A stretch of DNA of 58,941 nucleotides from a virus (lineage: Duplodnaviria; Caudoviricetes). This document shows, piece by piece, positions 1 to 7,705 of the stretch (position 1 is the first letter of the stretch; every line of letters starts with the position of its first letter). The notes beneath the pieces are model-generated. The model saw only the letters and a program-made list of their open reading frames with translations. It ran no database searches and was not told the origin of the DNA. Position numbers and translations under genes: made by a program. Where the stretch lies: positions 1-58,941 of the IMG/VR virus record IMGVR_UViG_3300037565_000164, one strand, 5' to 3'.

Positions 1-237
1 CTATTTCGATTCGTCATCAAGCCCATCTAGCCAGGACTCGATATCGTCCAGCGTCGCCGAAAATGGCTTGGGCTCATTCCCGTAAACAATCTTGAAGCTC
101 TCATCGTCGCGCACGGCGTGGCCGCCCGGCTGTCCAAGCACTTTGGCCTTTTCCGAGGTGAGAATCGTCAATCCGCGGCGTGCCGCCGCCCGCTTCATGC
201 GCCGCATGCGCGAATTGTCCAATTCCTTGCGGCTCAT
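1..237 (-). CDS. Hypothetical protein, probably outside the prophage boundary
   Basis: 78-aa ORF lying left of the att core; no recognisable motif. Confidence 0.5.
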   Translation of the reverse strand: MSRKELDNSRMRRMKRAAARRGLTILTSEKAKVLGQPGGHAVRDDESFKIVYGNEPKPFSATLDDIESWLDGLDDESK

Positions 238-256
238 CTATGTGGTCCCGATCGAG

Positions 257-279
257 TGGCGGGCAGGGAGGGATTCGAA
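257..279 (-). other. att core: duplicated 3' end of a tRNA (probably tRNA-Ser type)
   Basis: Minus strand reads TTCGAATCCCTCCCTGCCCGCCA (T-loop half, acceptor strand, CCA); no 5' half of a tRNA nearby. Confidence 0.8.
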
Positions 280-323
280 TGGCACCCCCTCAGCCCAGAA
301 AATCAGGCATCTCCGCCAACACG

Positions 324-347
324 TGTTACACAGTTTGTTACACAGTT
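324..347. repeat. Tandem direct repeat TGTTACACAGTT x2; probable integrase arm-type sites
   Basis: Two exact 12-mers (324-335, 336-347) about 45 bp inside the att core. Confidence 0.65.
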
Positions 348-405
348 TGGGGTGCCAGCAAGGTCATAGCCTGACCACCGCCGCCAGCGCAAGCGGGGTG
401 TGGAA

Positions 406-1065
406 ATGAGGGCCGATCCCACCAACGAAGAATTCCTCGGGCACGTCGCCGGGCATCAAATGAATGTGGGGATCGACAGTGACCTGCACCGGCACCTGAC
501 GTTCAAACGGCCAGAAACCAGCAACCGATATTTTCACATCACGACTTGGCCTGGCCATCTGGCCATCAGTGGAGACATGGGCTGCTACGTCTTCGCGCGG
601 CTGCCGGACATGTTCGAGTTTTTCCGCGACGACGAAGGCCACATCAACCCCAGCTATTGGGCAGAGAAGCTGCAGGCGGATCAGCGCGGCAGCGGCCACA
701 TGGAATTCTCGGAACGCCTGTATCGCCGCGCCATAGTGTCTGACTTCAAGGCCCACTACCTGCAGGGCACTCCGGAGCGAATGCGCATTTGGCGGGATGT
801 CCGATACGAGCTCCTGGATTGGAGCCAGCCATCGACCGTCGAACAAGCGGTTGCAAACGCCATCGCCTACAACGACCACAAGGGCGATAGCCCTTTCAAT
901 GAATTCTGGGACCACCGTCTCGAAGACTACACCTATCATTTCATCTGGTGCTGCCGCGCCATCGTTTGGGCGATCGAACGCTACGACGAGTACAAGGCCG
1001 AACAGCGCTTCCCAGGACTGGCGGGCATCCACGCTGCCCTCGCGCAGGAAGGGGTCGCAGCATGA
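406..1065 (+). CDS. Conserved phage hypothetical protein
   Basis: Protein-like ORF (TWPGHLAISGDMG...INPSYWAEKLQA); ATGA-coupled to the next gene. Confidence 0.8.
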   Translation: MRADPTNEEFLGHVAGHQMNVGIDSDLHRHLTFKRPETSNRYFHITTWPGHLAISGDMGCYVFARLPDMFEFFRDDEGHINPSYWAEKLQADQRGSGHMEFSERLYRRAIVSDFKAHYLQGTPERMRIWRDVRYELLDWSQPSTVEQAVANAIAYNDHKGDSPFNEFWDHRLEDYTYHFIWCCRAIVWAIERYDEYKAEQRFPGLAGIHAALAQEGVAA

Positions 1066-1271
1066 CCATCTTCGAACAAGCCCACGCGGAGCTATCCCTC
1101 CAGCGCAACTGGAAACAGGTCGATATCGGCCAGGCAAACCTTGAGGCCGTCCGCGAGTATTTCCGCACCCACCTGTGCGCGACCAACCGCGAGTGTGCCG
1201 CAGCCCTCGGTCTGTCCGTCTATGCCGTTGGGCGGCATGCCAAGACCATCCGGGCGGAGTGGCGATCATGA
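1062..1271 (+). CDS. Small helix-turn-helix protein
   Basis: TNRECAAALGLSVYAVGRH HTH pattern; ATGA overlaps at both ends. Confidence 0.7.
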   Translation: MTIFEQAHAELSLQRNWKQVDIGQANLEAVREYFRTHLCATNRECAAALGLSVYAVGRHAKTIRAEWRS

Positions 1272-1732
1272 GCCACGATGTTCTTGAAAGCCTGCCCCGG
1301 CACGAGCGGAAACGTCTTCTGCGTGCGGAAGCTGCAGCGCGCAAATCGGGAGACTGGGGACCATGGGAGACCCTACCCTTCCCGGCCGGCATCGGCGGGC
1401 GCGGCTGGACCAATGAGGTCCGCCTCGCCCACAGAAATGCGGTGTTTTCCGTGCTTGTCCGCTACGTGCGCGGCGGTGTGGTGCACCTGGCCGTGTCGTC
1501 TCTGACGCAGGTGCGCCCCACCTGGCCGGAAATGCAGCGCATCAAGGATGAGCTGGCCGGATCTGACGCGACGGCCGTAGAGGTCTATCCTCCCCAGTCG
1601 GAGATCATAGACGAGGCGGACATGTACCACATCTGGGTGCTGCCGGGCCCGCTCTGGTTCTCACTGGACCCTGTCGCCGATCGACGCATGGCCAGAATGC
1701 CGGTGCCGCCGGCGGAGGTGCCAGCGCCATGA
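1268..1732 (+). CDS. Conserved phage hypothetical protein
   Basis: PTWPEMQRIKDEL...AVEVYPP...MYHIW motif; coupled overlaps. Confidence 0.75.
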   Translation: MSHDVLESLPRHERKRLLRAEAAARKSGDWGPWETLPFPAGIGGRGWTNEVRLAHRNAVFSVLVRYVRGGVVHLAVSSLTQVRPTWPEMQRIKDELAGSDATAVEVYPPQSEIIDEADMYHIWVLPGPLWFSLDPVADRRMARMPVPPAEVPAP

Positions 1733-2094
1733 CCTATTCTCCTCTCGGCTACTACGGCAACGCGCTCGGCAGTCTGTCGCGTCTCGACGTCGTCGCCTTC
1801 CTGTTTTCGGTGCAGGGCTCGGTTTGCAGCATATGCGGCCGCTACATGCGCAAGCGGCACGCGACCATTGACCATGTCATCCCCCGAGGGCTTGGGGGAC
1901 CGCACCACATTCTGAATTGGGCTCTTGCCCATCGTCCCTGCAATCAGCGCAAGGGATGCACCATGCCCCTGCCCGATCAATTAGCGCGCCACCAGGTCCT
2001 CCAGCGCAAGATCCGCCGCGCGCTGTTCTGGATGCGCATGCTCGCCCCTTTCCATCGCGTCCGCATTCTTTTCCTTGGAGACCGCCATGTCTGA
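1729..2094 (+). CDS. HNH endonuclease
   Basis: CSICG...TIDHVIPRGLGG...NWALAHRPCNQRKG. Confidence 0.85.
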   Translation: MTYSPLGYYGNALGSLSRLDVVAFLFSVQGSVCSICGRYMRKRHATIDHVIPRGLGGPHHILNWALAHRPCNQRKGCTMPLPDQLARHQVLQRKIRRALFWMRMLAPFHRVRILFLGDRHV

Positions 2095-2428
2095 AACCGA
2101 AACCAGCGCAATCACCCTGCCCGATGGCGAATACGCGATCGTCGAGCTGCTGGGTCACACAACCCTGATCGGCCGCATCGACGAGGTGGATCGGTTTGGC
2201 ACCAAGATGCTGCAGGTCGAACCGGTTTTTGCCGGGAAGCTGCTGGGCCCAATCTTCCAGGGCGGCGGATCGATCTATCGCCTTACACCATGCTCTCGCG
2301 AGGTGGCAGCCAGCAAAGGTCCGACGAGCGAATGGCAATTGCCAGCGCCGGTTCGAGCCACGATCCCTCTGGACTTGCTGCCCCCGCCCAGCGCCAGCGA
2401 TGACGTCGACACTTGGGATCAGGATTGA
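2087..2428 (+). CDS. Phage hypothetical protein
   Basis: GGAG RBS; YAIVELLGH...GRIDEV motif. Confidence 0.7.
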   Translation: MSETETSAITLPDGEYAIVELLGHTTLIGRIDEVDRFGTKMLQVEPVFAGKLLGPIFQGGGSIYRLTPCSREVAASKGPTSEWQLPAPVRATIPLDLLPPPSASDDVDTWDQD

Positions 2429-2706
2429 TGCCTGTTTGGTCCCGCGACATCCACGACCATTTCCTGGACGCCATGCTCTACGGCATGGCGGCGGGCACCG
2501 TTGATCCCCAGGGGTTCACCCGGATCTTTCGTGAAGATCTGTTCTTCCGCCCGCCGCAGCACGGCGCCATCGACTTTGCCCGCGGCGCCGATGGCGTCTG
2601 GCGCATCCCGCAGGTCTGGACCGAGGGCGACACCATCCACTTCGGTGTCGATCTGGGGCGGCCGGGTGGTGAATTCACAGTACGTACGACGTGGACACGC
2701 AGATGA
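2428..2706 (+). CDS. Hypothetical protein
   Basis: Fills the gap in a coupled operon (TGATG and ATGA overlaps). Confidence 0.55.
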   Translation: MPVWSRDIHDHFLDAMLYGMAAGTVDPQGFTRIFREDLFFRPPQHGAIDFARGADGVWRIPQVWTEGDTIHFGVDLGRPGGEFTVRTTWTRR

Positions 2707-3080
2707 GCAGCATCGAAGAACGGGCCGCGCAATGGCGCGCCGGCCGAGACACGGGTGCGTCGTCGAAGACGCTCTGCGCCATGATGTTGGGAGAAACCCC
2801 GAGATATCGGGATCATCCCCATGACGGGGATGATCTGGGGCGGTGCTTGCGCCTGCTCGAGCTGATACCCGAATGGAAGCCCCGCCTGCCGGAAATGGCG
2901 GCCGTTTCGCCCTATTGGGCCGCTCTGGTTGAGAACTGGGCTGATCTGGAGCGACTTTCAAAGCTCACGGCACCCTCGCCGCTGCGCAATCGTATGAAGG
3001 CGCTGCTGGGACCGCTTGAGGACGCGGACCCCAATGTCATCCGACTTGGTCGCGGTGTCACTATGAGGATCGGCCGGTGA
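2703..3080 (+). CDS. Conserved phage hypothetical protein
   Basis: GRDTGASSKT...PHDGDDLGRCLRLLELIPEW motif. Confidence 0.75.
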   Translation: MSSIEERAAQWRAGRDTGASSKTLCAMMLGETPRYRDHPHDGDDLGRCLRLLELIPEWKPRLPEMAAVSPYWAALVENWADLERLSKLTAPSPLRNRMKALLGPLEDADPNVIRLGRGVTMRIGR

Positions 3081-3418
3081 CCAGCGCCCCCGTCCTCGCC
3101 CAAGGCCTGCAAGACCCTGTGGAACGGTTTCTTGCCGTGCTGCGGGCGACGCATCCCGACTTTGTCCGGATCTACACCCGGGGAGGCTGCTTTCACCTGT
3201 TCCTGACCCTGCGCACCGTCTGGCCGGAGGCGCGGCCGTGGTCGGACCTCAACCATGTCTGGTCCGAAATCGGCGGGCGCTTTTACGACATCGAGGGGCG
3301 CCACCTGGTGGTGCCGTCTGCCGCGCGGCCAATGGACCCGCGCGTTATGGCCAGGGCGTTTCACTGGCACCGCCGGGCCTTCTTCAAACCTGTTTCACTC
3401 AAAGAGGTGGCCGCATGA
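3077..3418 (+). CDS. Hypothetical protein
   Basis: YTRGGCF...HVWSEIGGRFYDIEG; GTGA and ATGA overlaps. Confidence 0.7.
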   Translation: MTSAPVLAQGLQDPVERFLAVLRATHPDFVRIYTRGGCFHLFLTLRTVWPEARPWSDLNHVWSEIGGRFYDIEGRHLVVPSAARPMDPRVMARAFHWHRRAFFKPVSLKEVAA

Positions 3419-3864
3419 CCTGCGCCTATGGACTACTGAAATCTGAGGACCGCAAACATAAGCCCTTCGGGCGCATGTGGTGGGTGAAAGCGCCTTTTGC
3501 GCATCCCCTGTGGCACAGCTACATGTTCTCGCTGGTGGACCTGACGACGCCGACCAAGCAGCCCGCCTTGGTCATGATGGAAGGCGCGACGCACGAGGTG
3601 ACGGTGTTCGCGCTCGACCCAGCGCACCCCGAAACTTCCTTCCCGCCGCGCCTGCTCGAGCCTGCCAATCATGGCTACCAATTCAAGGCCGAAAGCCATG
3701 AGGCGGCCGAAAAGCGCATTATTGGCATCATCGAGCGCGTCGTGGCGCAGCAATTCAGCCCGGACACCGACTTTATTTCAGCGTGGGATCACTTGTTCGC
3801 TGACGGCCGCAGTCTGCGCTTGAGCAGCTTGACCAACCATGAGGGGTCGGAGGTCGTACAATGA
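3415..3864 (+). CDS. Hypothetical protein
   Basis: GAGG RBS; coupled overlaps. Confidence 0.7.
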   Translation: MTCAYGLLKSEDRKHKPFGRMWWVKAPFAHPLWHSYMFSLVDLTTPTKQPALVMMEGATHEVTVFALDPAHPETSFPPRLLEPANHGYQFKAESHEAAEKRIIGIIERVVAQQFSPDTDFISAWDHLFADGRSLRLSSLTNHEGSEVVQ

Positions 3865-4037
3865 AACTACTCAAATGGCTACGCTTTCGGATTGCATGGT
3901 TTCGATGGTTCTACGGTTGGCCCGGGTATCGGCTTGGGGACCCGTTGCTCGGGTCTGGCGAAGTCCGTACACGCAACATGCGACTACTTCGACTGCGGCA
4001 TGAGGCCCGTGAGCCGCACAGGAGCGACTTCGAATGA
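3861..4037 (+). CDS. Small hypothetical protein (58 aa)
   Basis: MKLLKWLRFRIAW...; GGAGG RBS; ATGA overlaps at both ends; too short for the ORF track. Confidence 0.55.
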   Translation: MKLLKWLRFRIAWFRWFYGWPGYRLGDPLLGSGEVRTRNMRLLRLRHEAREPHRSDFE

Positions 4038-4618
4038 CCACACCCTACCCCCTTGCATGGCCGACCACGATTCCCCGCTGGAAGGACGAGCGCCAGACGG
4101 GCGCTTTCAAGACCAGTCTGGCCAGCGCCATGAACAATGTCGAAAACTCCCTGCGGCTGTTCGGCAAGGACAGTGGCAAGGATGTTGCCGACGTGGTGAT
4201 CTCGTCCAATGTCACGCTGGGGCAGTCCCGGCCAGCAGATCCTGGTGTCGCCATCTGGTTCAAATGGGAAGGGATGCAGATCTGCATCCCGGTCGATCGC
4301 TACGCCAAGGTCGAGGCCAATTTGCAGGCCATCCACCATGTGATCGAGGCCCGGCGCACGGAGCTACGTCACGGCACCCTCGCGCTCGTGCGGGCGACAT
4401 TTGCCGGGTTCACCGCGCTGCCAGCGCCCGGCGGGCACCAACCGTCTTGGCGGGCTGTCCTGGGCATTTCCACGCCGACACCGGTGCGCGCGGATATCGA
4501 ACAAGCTTACCGGCGTCTCGCCGCCATGAAACATCCCGACAAACCCGGCGGCAGCCAGGCCGCCATGGCCGAGGTCAATGCCGCGCGGGATGCGGCCATC
4601 AAGGAAATTGAGCAATGA
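4034..4618 (+). CDS. Phage J-domain (DnaJ-like) protein
   Basis: C-terminal WRAVLGI...AYRRLAAMKHPDKPGG..AMAEVNAA with HPD motif. Confidence 0.85.
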   Translation: MTTPYPLAWPTTIPRWKDERQTGAFKTSLASAMNNVENSLRLFGKDSGKDVADVVISSNVTLGQSRPADPGVAIWFKWEGMQICIPVDRYAKVEANLQAIHHVIEARRTELRHGTLALVRATFAGFTALPAPGGHQPSWRAVLGISTPTPVRADIEQAYRRLAAMKHPDKPGGSQAAMAEVNAARDAAIKEIEQ

Positions 4619-5454
4619 CCGATACCAATGCCAGCGTTGAGCAAGCTTGTGATCATGTCTGGGAAGCAATGCGCCCCATTGGTGGCACGTTCTGGCATGA
4701 ACTGGACGAACGCACCCGCACCTTGGCAGTGGCATGCTACAAGGCCGCCCTTGGCGCCGCTTCAACCTCGCCCCAGCCGGGGGTGAAGGCGCATGTCAAG
4801 CGCAACGTGCCGGGCCATTCCGATAGCGGCGGGTCGGTTGTGGTGCCGTTCGCCACGGATAACGAAATGCGGGCTATCCTTTCCGCCCTCGAACCTGCAT
4901 CTACCAATGGCGCGATGATCGAAACACGCAACGAAGAAGCCGGATTTGTCGAGTTCCTAAACTATGACGCACCGACCATCGTGCGGGATATTCCCGGCCC
5001 CTGCGCCATCCTTCTCGATATGAACACGCGCCAGACTATCGGGTACCGCGTCTATGATCCTGGCCCAGCGGAACCTGATGGTTGGTACCCCATCGAGACC
5101 GCGCTGCTGGGCGCCGAGATCATCGTCTGGGAGCGCGACTATGGGTGGCTCCTCGCAATGAAGCAGCACCATGATGGTGTGTGGACCATCAAATCCAGCG
5201 GTAACTTCTATGGAGAGATGCCGGCGTCAGTGGCGGCCAACCTGACCCACTGGCGGCATATCGGCAACCCGCCGGGTAAAGGGCCGAATTTGTCGCCCCT
5301 TGCCCACGCCGACGGCGCCGTCGACTTCTATGGCGGCGCGCAGTGGACGGCAGACCAGCAGGCCAAACTTCTCGACCAGATCGCCGAGGCCCGCCAGATC
5401 AATAAAACAATGACTGCGGTGCTAGACCGGTTGGCTAAAGGGCCGTTACGCTGA
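4615..5454 (+). CDS. Mosaic hypothetical protein with a DUF551-like segment
   Basis: WYPIETA...THWR pattern; last gene of the + cluster. Confidence 0.6.
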   Translation: MTDTNASVEQACDHVWEAMRPIGGTFWHELDERTRTLAVACYKAALGAASTSPQPGVKAHVKRNVPGHSDSGGSVVVPFATDNEMRAILSALEPASTNGAMIETRNEEAGFVEFLNYDAPTIVRDIPGPCAILLDMNTRQTIGYRVYDPGPAEPDGWYPIETALLGAEIIVWERDYGWLLAMKQHHDGVWTIKSSGNFYGEMPASVAANLTHWRHIGNPPGKGPNLSPLAHADGAVDFYGGAQWTADQQAKLLDQIAEARQINKTMTAVLDRLAKGPLR

Positions 5455-5878
5455 ACACGTTCGAGATAAACTCAACCTGTTTGTCGGGGAAGAAATCGGG
5501 CTCGATGCGCCAGCGCGTTTCGACCCGATACTGCCCCGGCCCGATCTGGCAATTCACCGGCCAGGTCCACCAGTCCAGCGTCACCGGATCTGGTAGCTCG
5601 GCGTCAGCGCGGTAGTTCGTCGAGTTTCGAGCCGAGCACACCACTGTAAAGCGGCCGCTGGGCTGCAGCTTCTCCACATCGACCGTGTATGTGCCAGAGA
5701 AATCGCGATGGATTATGCGGTCAATGACCATGACGGGTGTCGCGTCGGTGACACTGTCCAGCACCTCAACTGACCGCACCTCGAACCACAAGCTGGCGGG
5801 GGCGAGCTGGGTCAGCGCCAGCGCGGCCAGGAACGCAATGACGACACCCTTATTGATCCCCTCAAACAACGTCCTCAT
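5435..5878 (-). CDS. Membrane-anchored hypothetical protein at the end of the lysis cassette
   Basis: GGAGG RBS; N-terminal TM segment followed by a beta-rich domain with two Cys. Confidence 0.7.
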   Translation of the reverse strand: MRTLFEGINKGVVIAFLAALALTQLAPASLWFEVRSVEVLDSVTDATPVMVIDRIIHRDFSGTYTVDVEKLQPSGRFTVVCSARNSTNYRADAELPDPVTLDWWTWPVNCQIGPGQYRVETRWRIEPDFFPDKQVEFISNVFSVTAL

Positions 5879-6177
5879 TTGCCCCTCCATGCCTTCAACA
5901 GGTCGATGCCCTTCATCGGCTCCTTGGCGATGACCATGAGCCAGCGCAACAGGCTTTCTCCCGTCAGGGTCAGCACGGCAGCGACCACCGGCGAATAGAC
6001 CTCGGGATCGAGGTTGAAGTGTGTGACGATGGCATTGGTAAAAATGACCGCCGAGAACAGGCCGCCAAAGGCGCCGATTGCTACGACCCGCAGCGGCTTG
6101 ACGGGGGACGAGAGCACCCGGAACGCCATGGCACCAGCCACCGCGCCCCAGAACATGAAGTTGTTGAACGGTGACAT
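5875..6177 (-). CDS. Holin-like membrane protein
   Basis: 100 aa, about 3 hydrophobic segments, basic C-terminus, in the lysis cassette. Confidence 0.6.
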   Translation of the reverse strand: MSPFNNFMFWGAVAGAMAFRVLSSPVKPLRVVAIGAFGGLFSAVIFTNAIVTHFNLDPEVYSPVVAAVLTLTGESLLRWLMVIAKEPMKGIDLLKAWRGK

Positions 6178-6179
6178 GC

Positions 6180-6491
6180 CTATTGGGGCTCCGAAGCAGC
6201 GGCCAGCCGTAACAACTGGGTCTTGTTGAAAAGGTAGCAGGTCCGCAGCCGCTCGTTGACCGGGCCGCGTACATAGAGCACGTAACGCCGCAGCAGGCTG
6301 GTCGCCTCCTCGCCCTCATGCTGTTCCAGATCCGGGAAGGTCTTGCCACAGATGTCGGGCTGATCCTGGACGGTGACGCCGGCGGCGGCGATGCCCATGC
6401 GGACCCCGGCATCAATCTGCCGGTTCTGCGCCGTCGTGGAGCAGGCCGACAAGACCAGCGCAGCGAAAGTCAGGATGACAAAACGGTTCAT
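6180..6491 (-). CDS. Lipoprotein, probable o-spanin (Rz1-like)
   Basis: Signal peptide with LSAC lipobox; follows the i-spanin candidate. Confidence 0.65.
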   Translation of the reverse strand: MNRFVILTFAALVLSACSTTAQNRQIDAGVRMGIAAAGVTVQDQPDICGKTFPDLEQHEGEEATSLLRRYVLYVRGPVNERLRTCYLFNKTQLLRLAAASEPQ

Positions 6492-6901
6492 CGTCCAGCG
6501 CCCCCCGGTCCAAATACGAAGTTCAGATCGTCGCGACTGAGCGGGCAGGTCCTGCCCTGGGCCTCGAGCTGGGCTTCATAGCGGGCGATGTCGTCCGACA
6601 TCTGCCGCGATTGCAGCTCTATGGCGAGCTCGCTGCGCGCCAGCGCCTCTTGGTAGATCCGCAGGGCCTCTGCCCCGGCCGCCTTCTGCCGGTTGCGCTC
6701 CGCATCCTCGGCCCGGTCCGCTGCCGCCTGGACACGAATGGCACAGGCATCGTCAGCACGCTGCGCCGCTTCCCGGGCAATTGCGGGGGCGTCCACCAGT
6801 GCGAACTTGGCGCCATGGGCAAACCAACCGGCCGTAGCTGCCGGGACGGCGCCCAGCAGCAGCACGATGACCGGCGAGAGATTTGCCAGGAGCCGCAGCA
6901 T
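6488..6901 (-). CDS. Probable i-spanin (Rz-like)
   Basis: N-terminal TM segment plus coiled coil, directly after the endolysin. Confidence 0.65.
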   Translation of the reverse strand: MLRLLANLSPVIVLLLGAVPAATAGWFAHGAKFALVDAPAIAREAAQRADDACAIRVQAAADRAEDAERNRQKAAGAEALRIYQEALARSELAIELQSRQMSDDIARYEAQLEAQGRTCPLSRDDLNFVFGPGGAGR

Positions 6902-7380
6902 CAGCCCGTCACACCCTCAAGACAGACGGCCTTTTCCGCATTGCGACGATTGACCAGCCCCTGCACGGTGCGGCCGCCAGCTTTGACCCACATGGTGAAA
7001 GCATTGCAGGCGCCCGTGATGTCGCCAGCATTGGCGCGACGTGCCACGGTGGAGCCACAGAATGCCCCAACACCGATGTTGTAGGCGAGCGACACCATCA
7101 TGGCATAGGGCTTGTCGGGGATCGCGTCAGGCGTGTTGAGGCAACGCCGCACGCCCTGCTCGAACTGAACGACGCCATTGCCAAGCATGGCGATGCACTG
7201 GTCATCGGTGAAGTAGTCGCCGCGCTCAACCCCTCGGGTTTCGCCGTAGCAGACCGTCCAGACGCCGACGATATCCTGATATGCCGTGTTGCGTTTGCCT
7301 TCCCAGCCGCCAATGAAGGCGGTGGCCATCAGCCCGAGCGCACCCAGCGCCCCGGCAGCAGTCTTGAATCGGGTTTTCAT
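6901..7380 (-). CDS. Endolysin, GH24 lysozyme with a SAR-like N-terminus
   Basis: WEG..AYQDIVGVWTVCYGET (E-D-T triad), AYNIG, GLVNRR; Gly/Ala-rich N-terminal TM segment. Confidence 0.92.
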   Translation of the reverse strand: MKTRFKTAAGALGALGLMATAFIGGWEGKRNTAYQDIVGVWTVCYGETRGVERGDYFTDDQCIAMLGNGVVQFEQGVRRCLNTPDAIPDKPYAMMVSLAYNIGVGAFCGSTVARRANAGDITGACNAFTMWVKAGGRTVQGLVNRRNAEKAVCLEGVTG

Positions 7381-7616
7381 TCGGGCAGATCCTTCTGAGC
7401 CACGAAACGCGCCACGAAGGCCGCCGCTGTCACCAGCGCGGTCGCCAGGGCCGTCACGATTGGGGGAAATGGGAGGGAGGCGCCGGCAAGGTTGAGCAGC
7501 ACTTCGAGAAAACTGAACAGCGCGGCCAGCGCCAACAGGCGCACGCTCCACGCATGGCGCAACACTTTGCGCCATTCGGCCATCAGTTTCAGAGTCGGTC
7601 GAGGGAAACGCGGCAT
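7377..7616 (-). CDS. Holin (2 TM segments)
   Basis: WRKVLRHAWSVRL...ARFVAQ pattern, directly upstream of the lysozyme. Confidence 0.75.
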   Translation of the reverse strand: MPRFPRPTLKLMAEWRKVLRHAWSVRLLALAALFSFLEVLLNLAGASLPFPPIVTALATALVTAAAFVARFVAQKDLPE

Positions 7617-7688
7617 GATTGCTGTCCTTGTTCGGAACAGCACGTCATGCGCTGCAGCACTCATACCGCGATTTTAGGAAACGGGGAA
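7617..7688 (-). promoter_or_regulatory. Late leader 1 (lysis operon): promoter plus GCGCATGACGTGC motif (7640-7652)
   Basis: TTCCCC-17-TATGAG, then the motif; the motif region pairs with GGACAGCA and UCAUGC, covering RBS and AUG. Confidence 0.8.
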
Positions 7689-7705
7689 GCCCGCCCCCGG
7701 TTCCT

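Noticed and set aside
257-279. A complete tRNA gene
   Set aside because: Only the 3' 23 nt are present; there is no D arm or anticodon arm.
1729-2094. HNH gene as a restriction partner of the methyltransferases or as an intron-encoded nuclease
   Set aside because: It is small, free-standing, far from the MTases and interrupts no gene.
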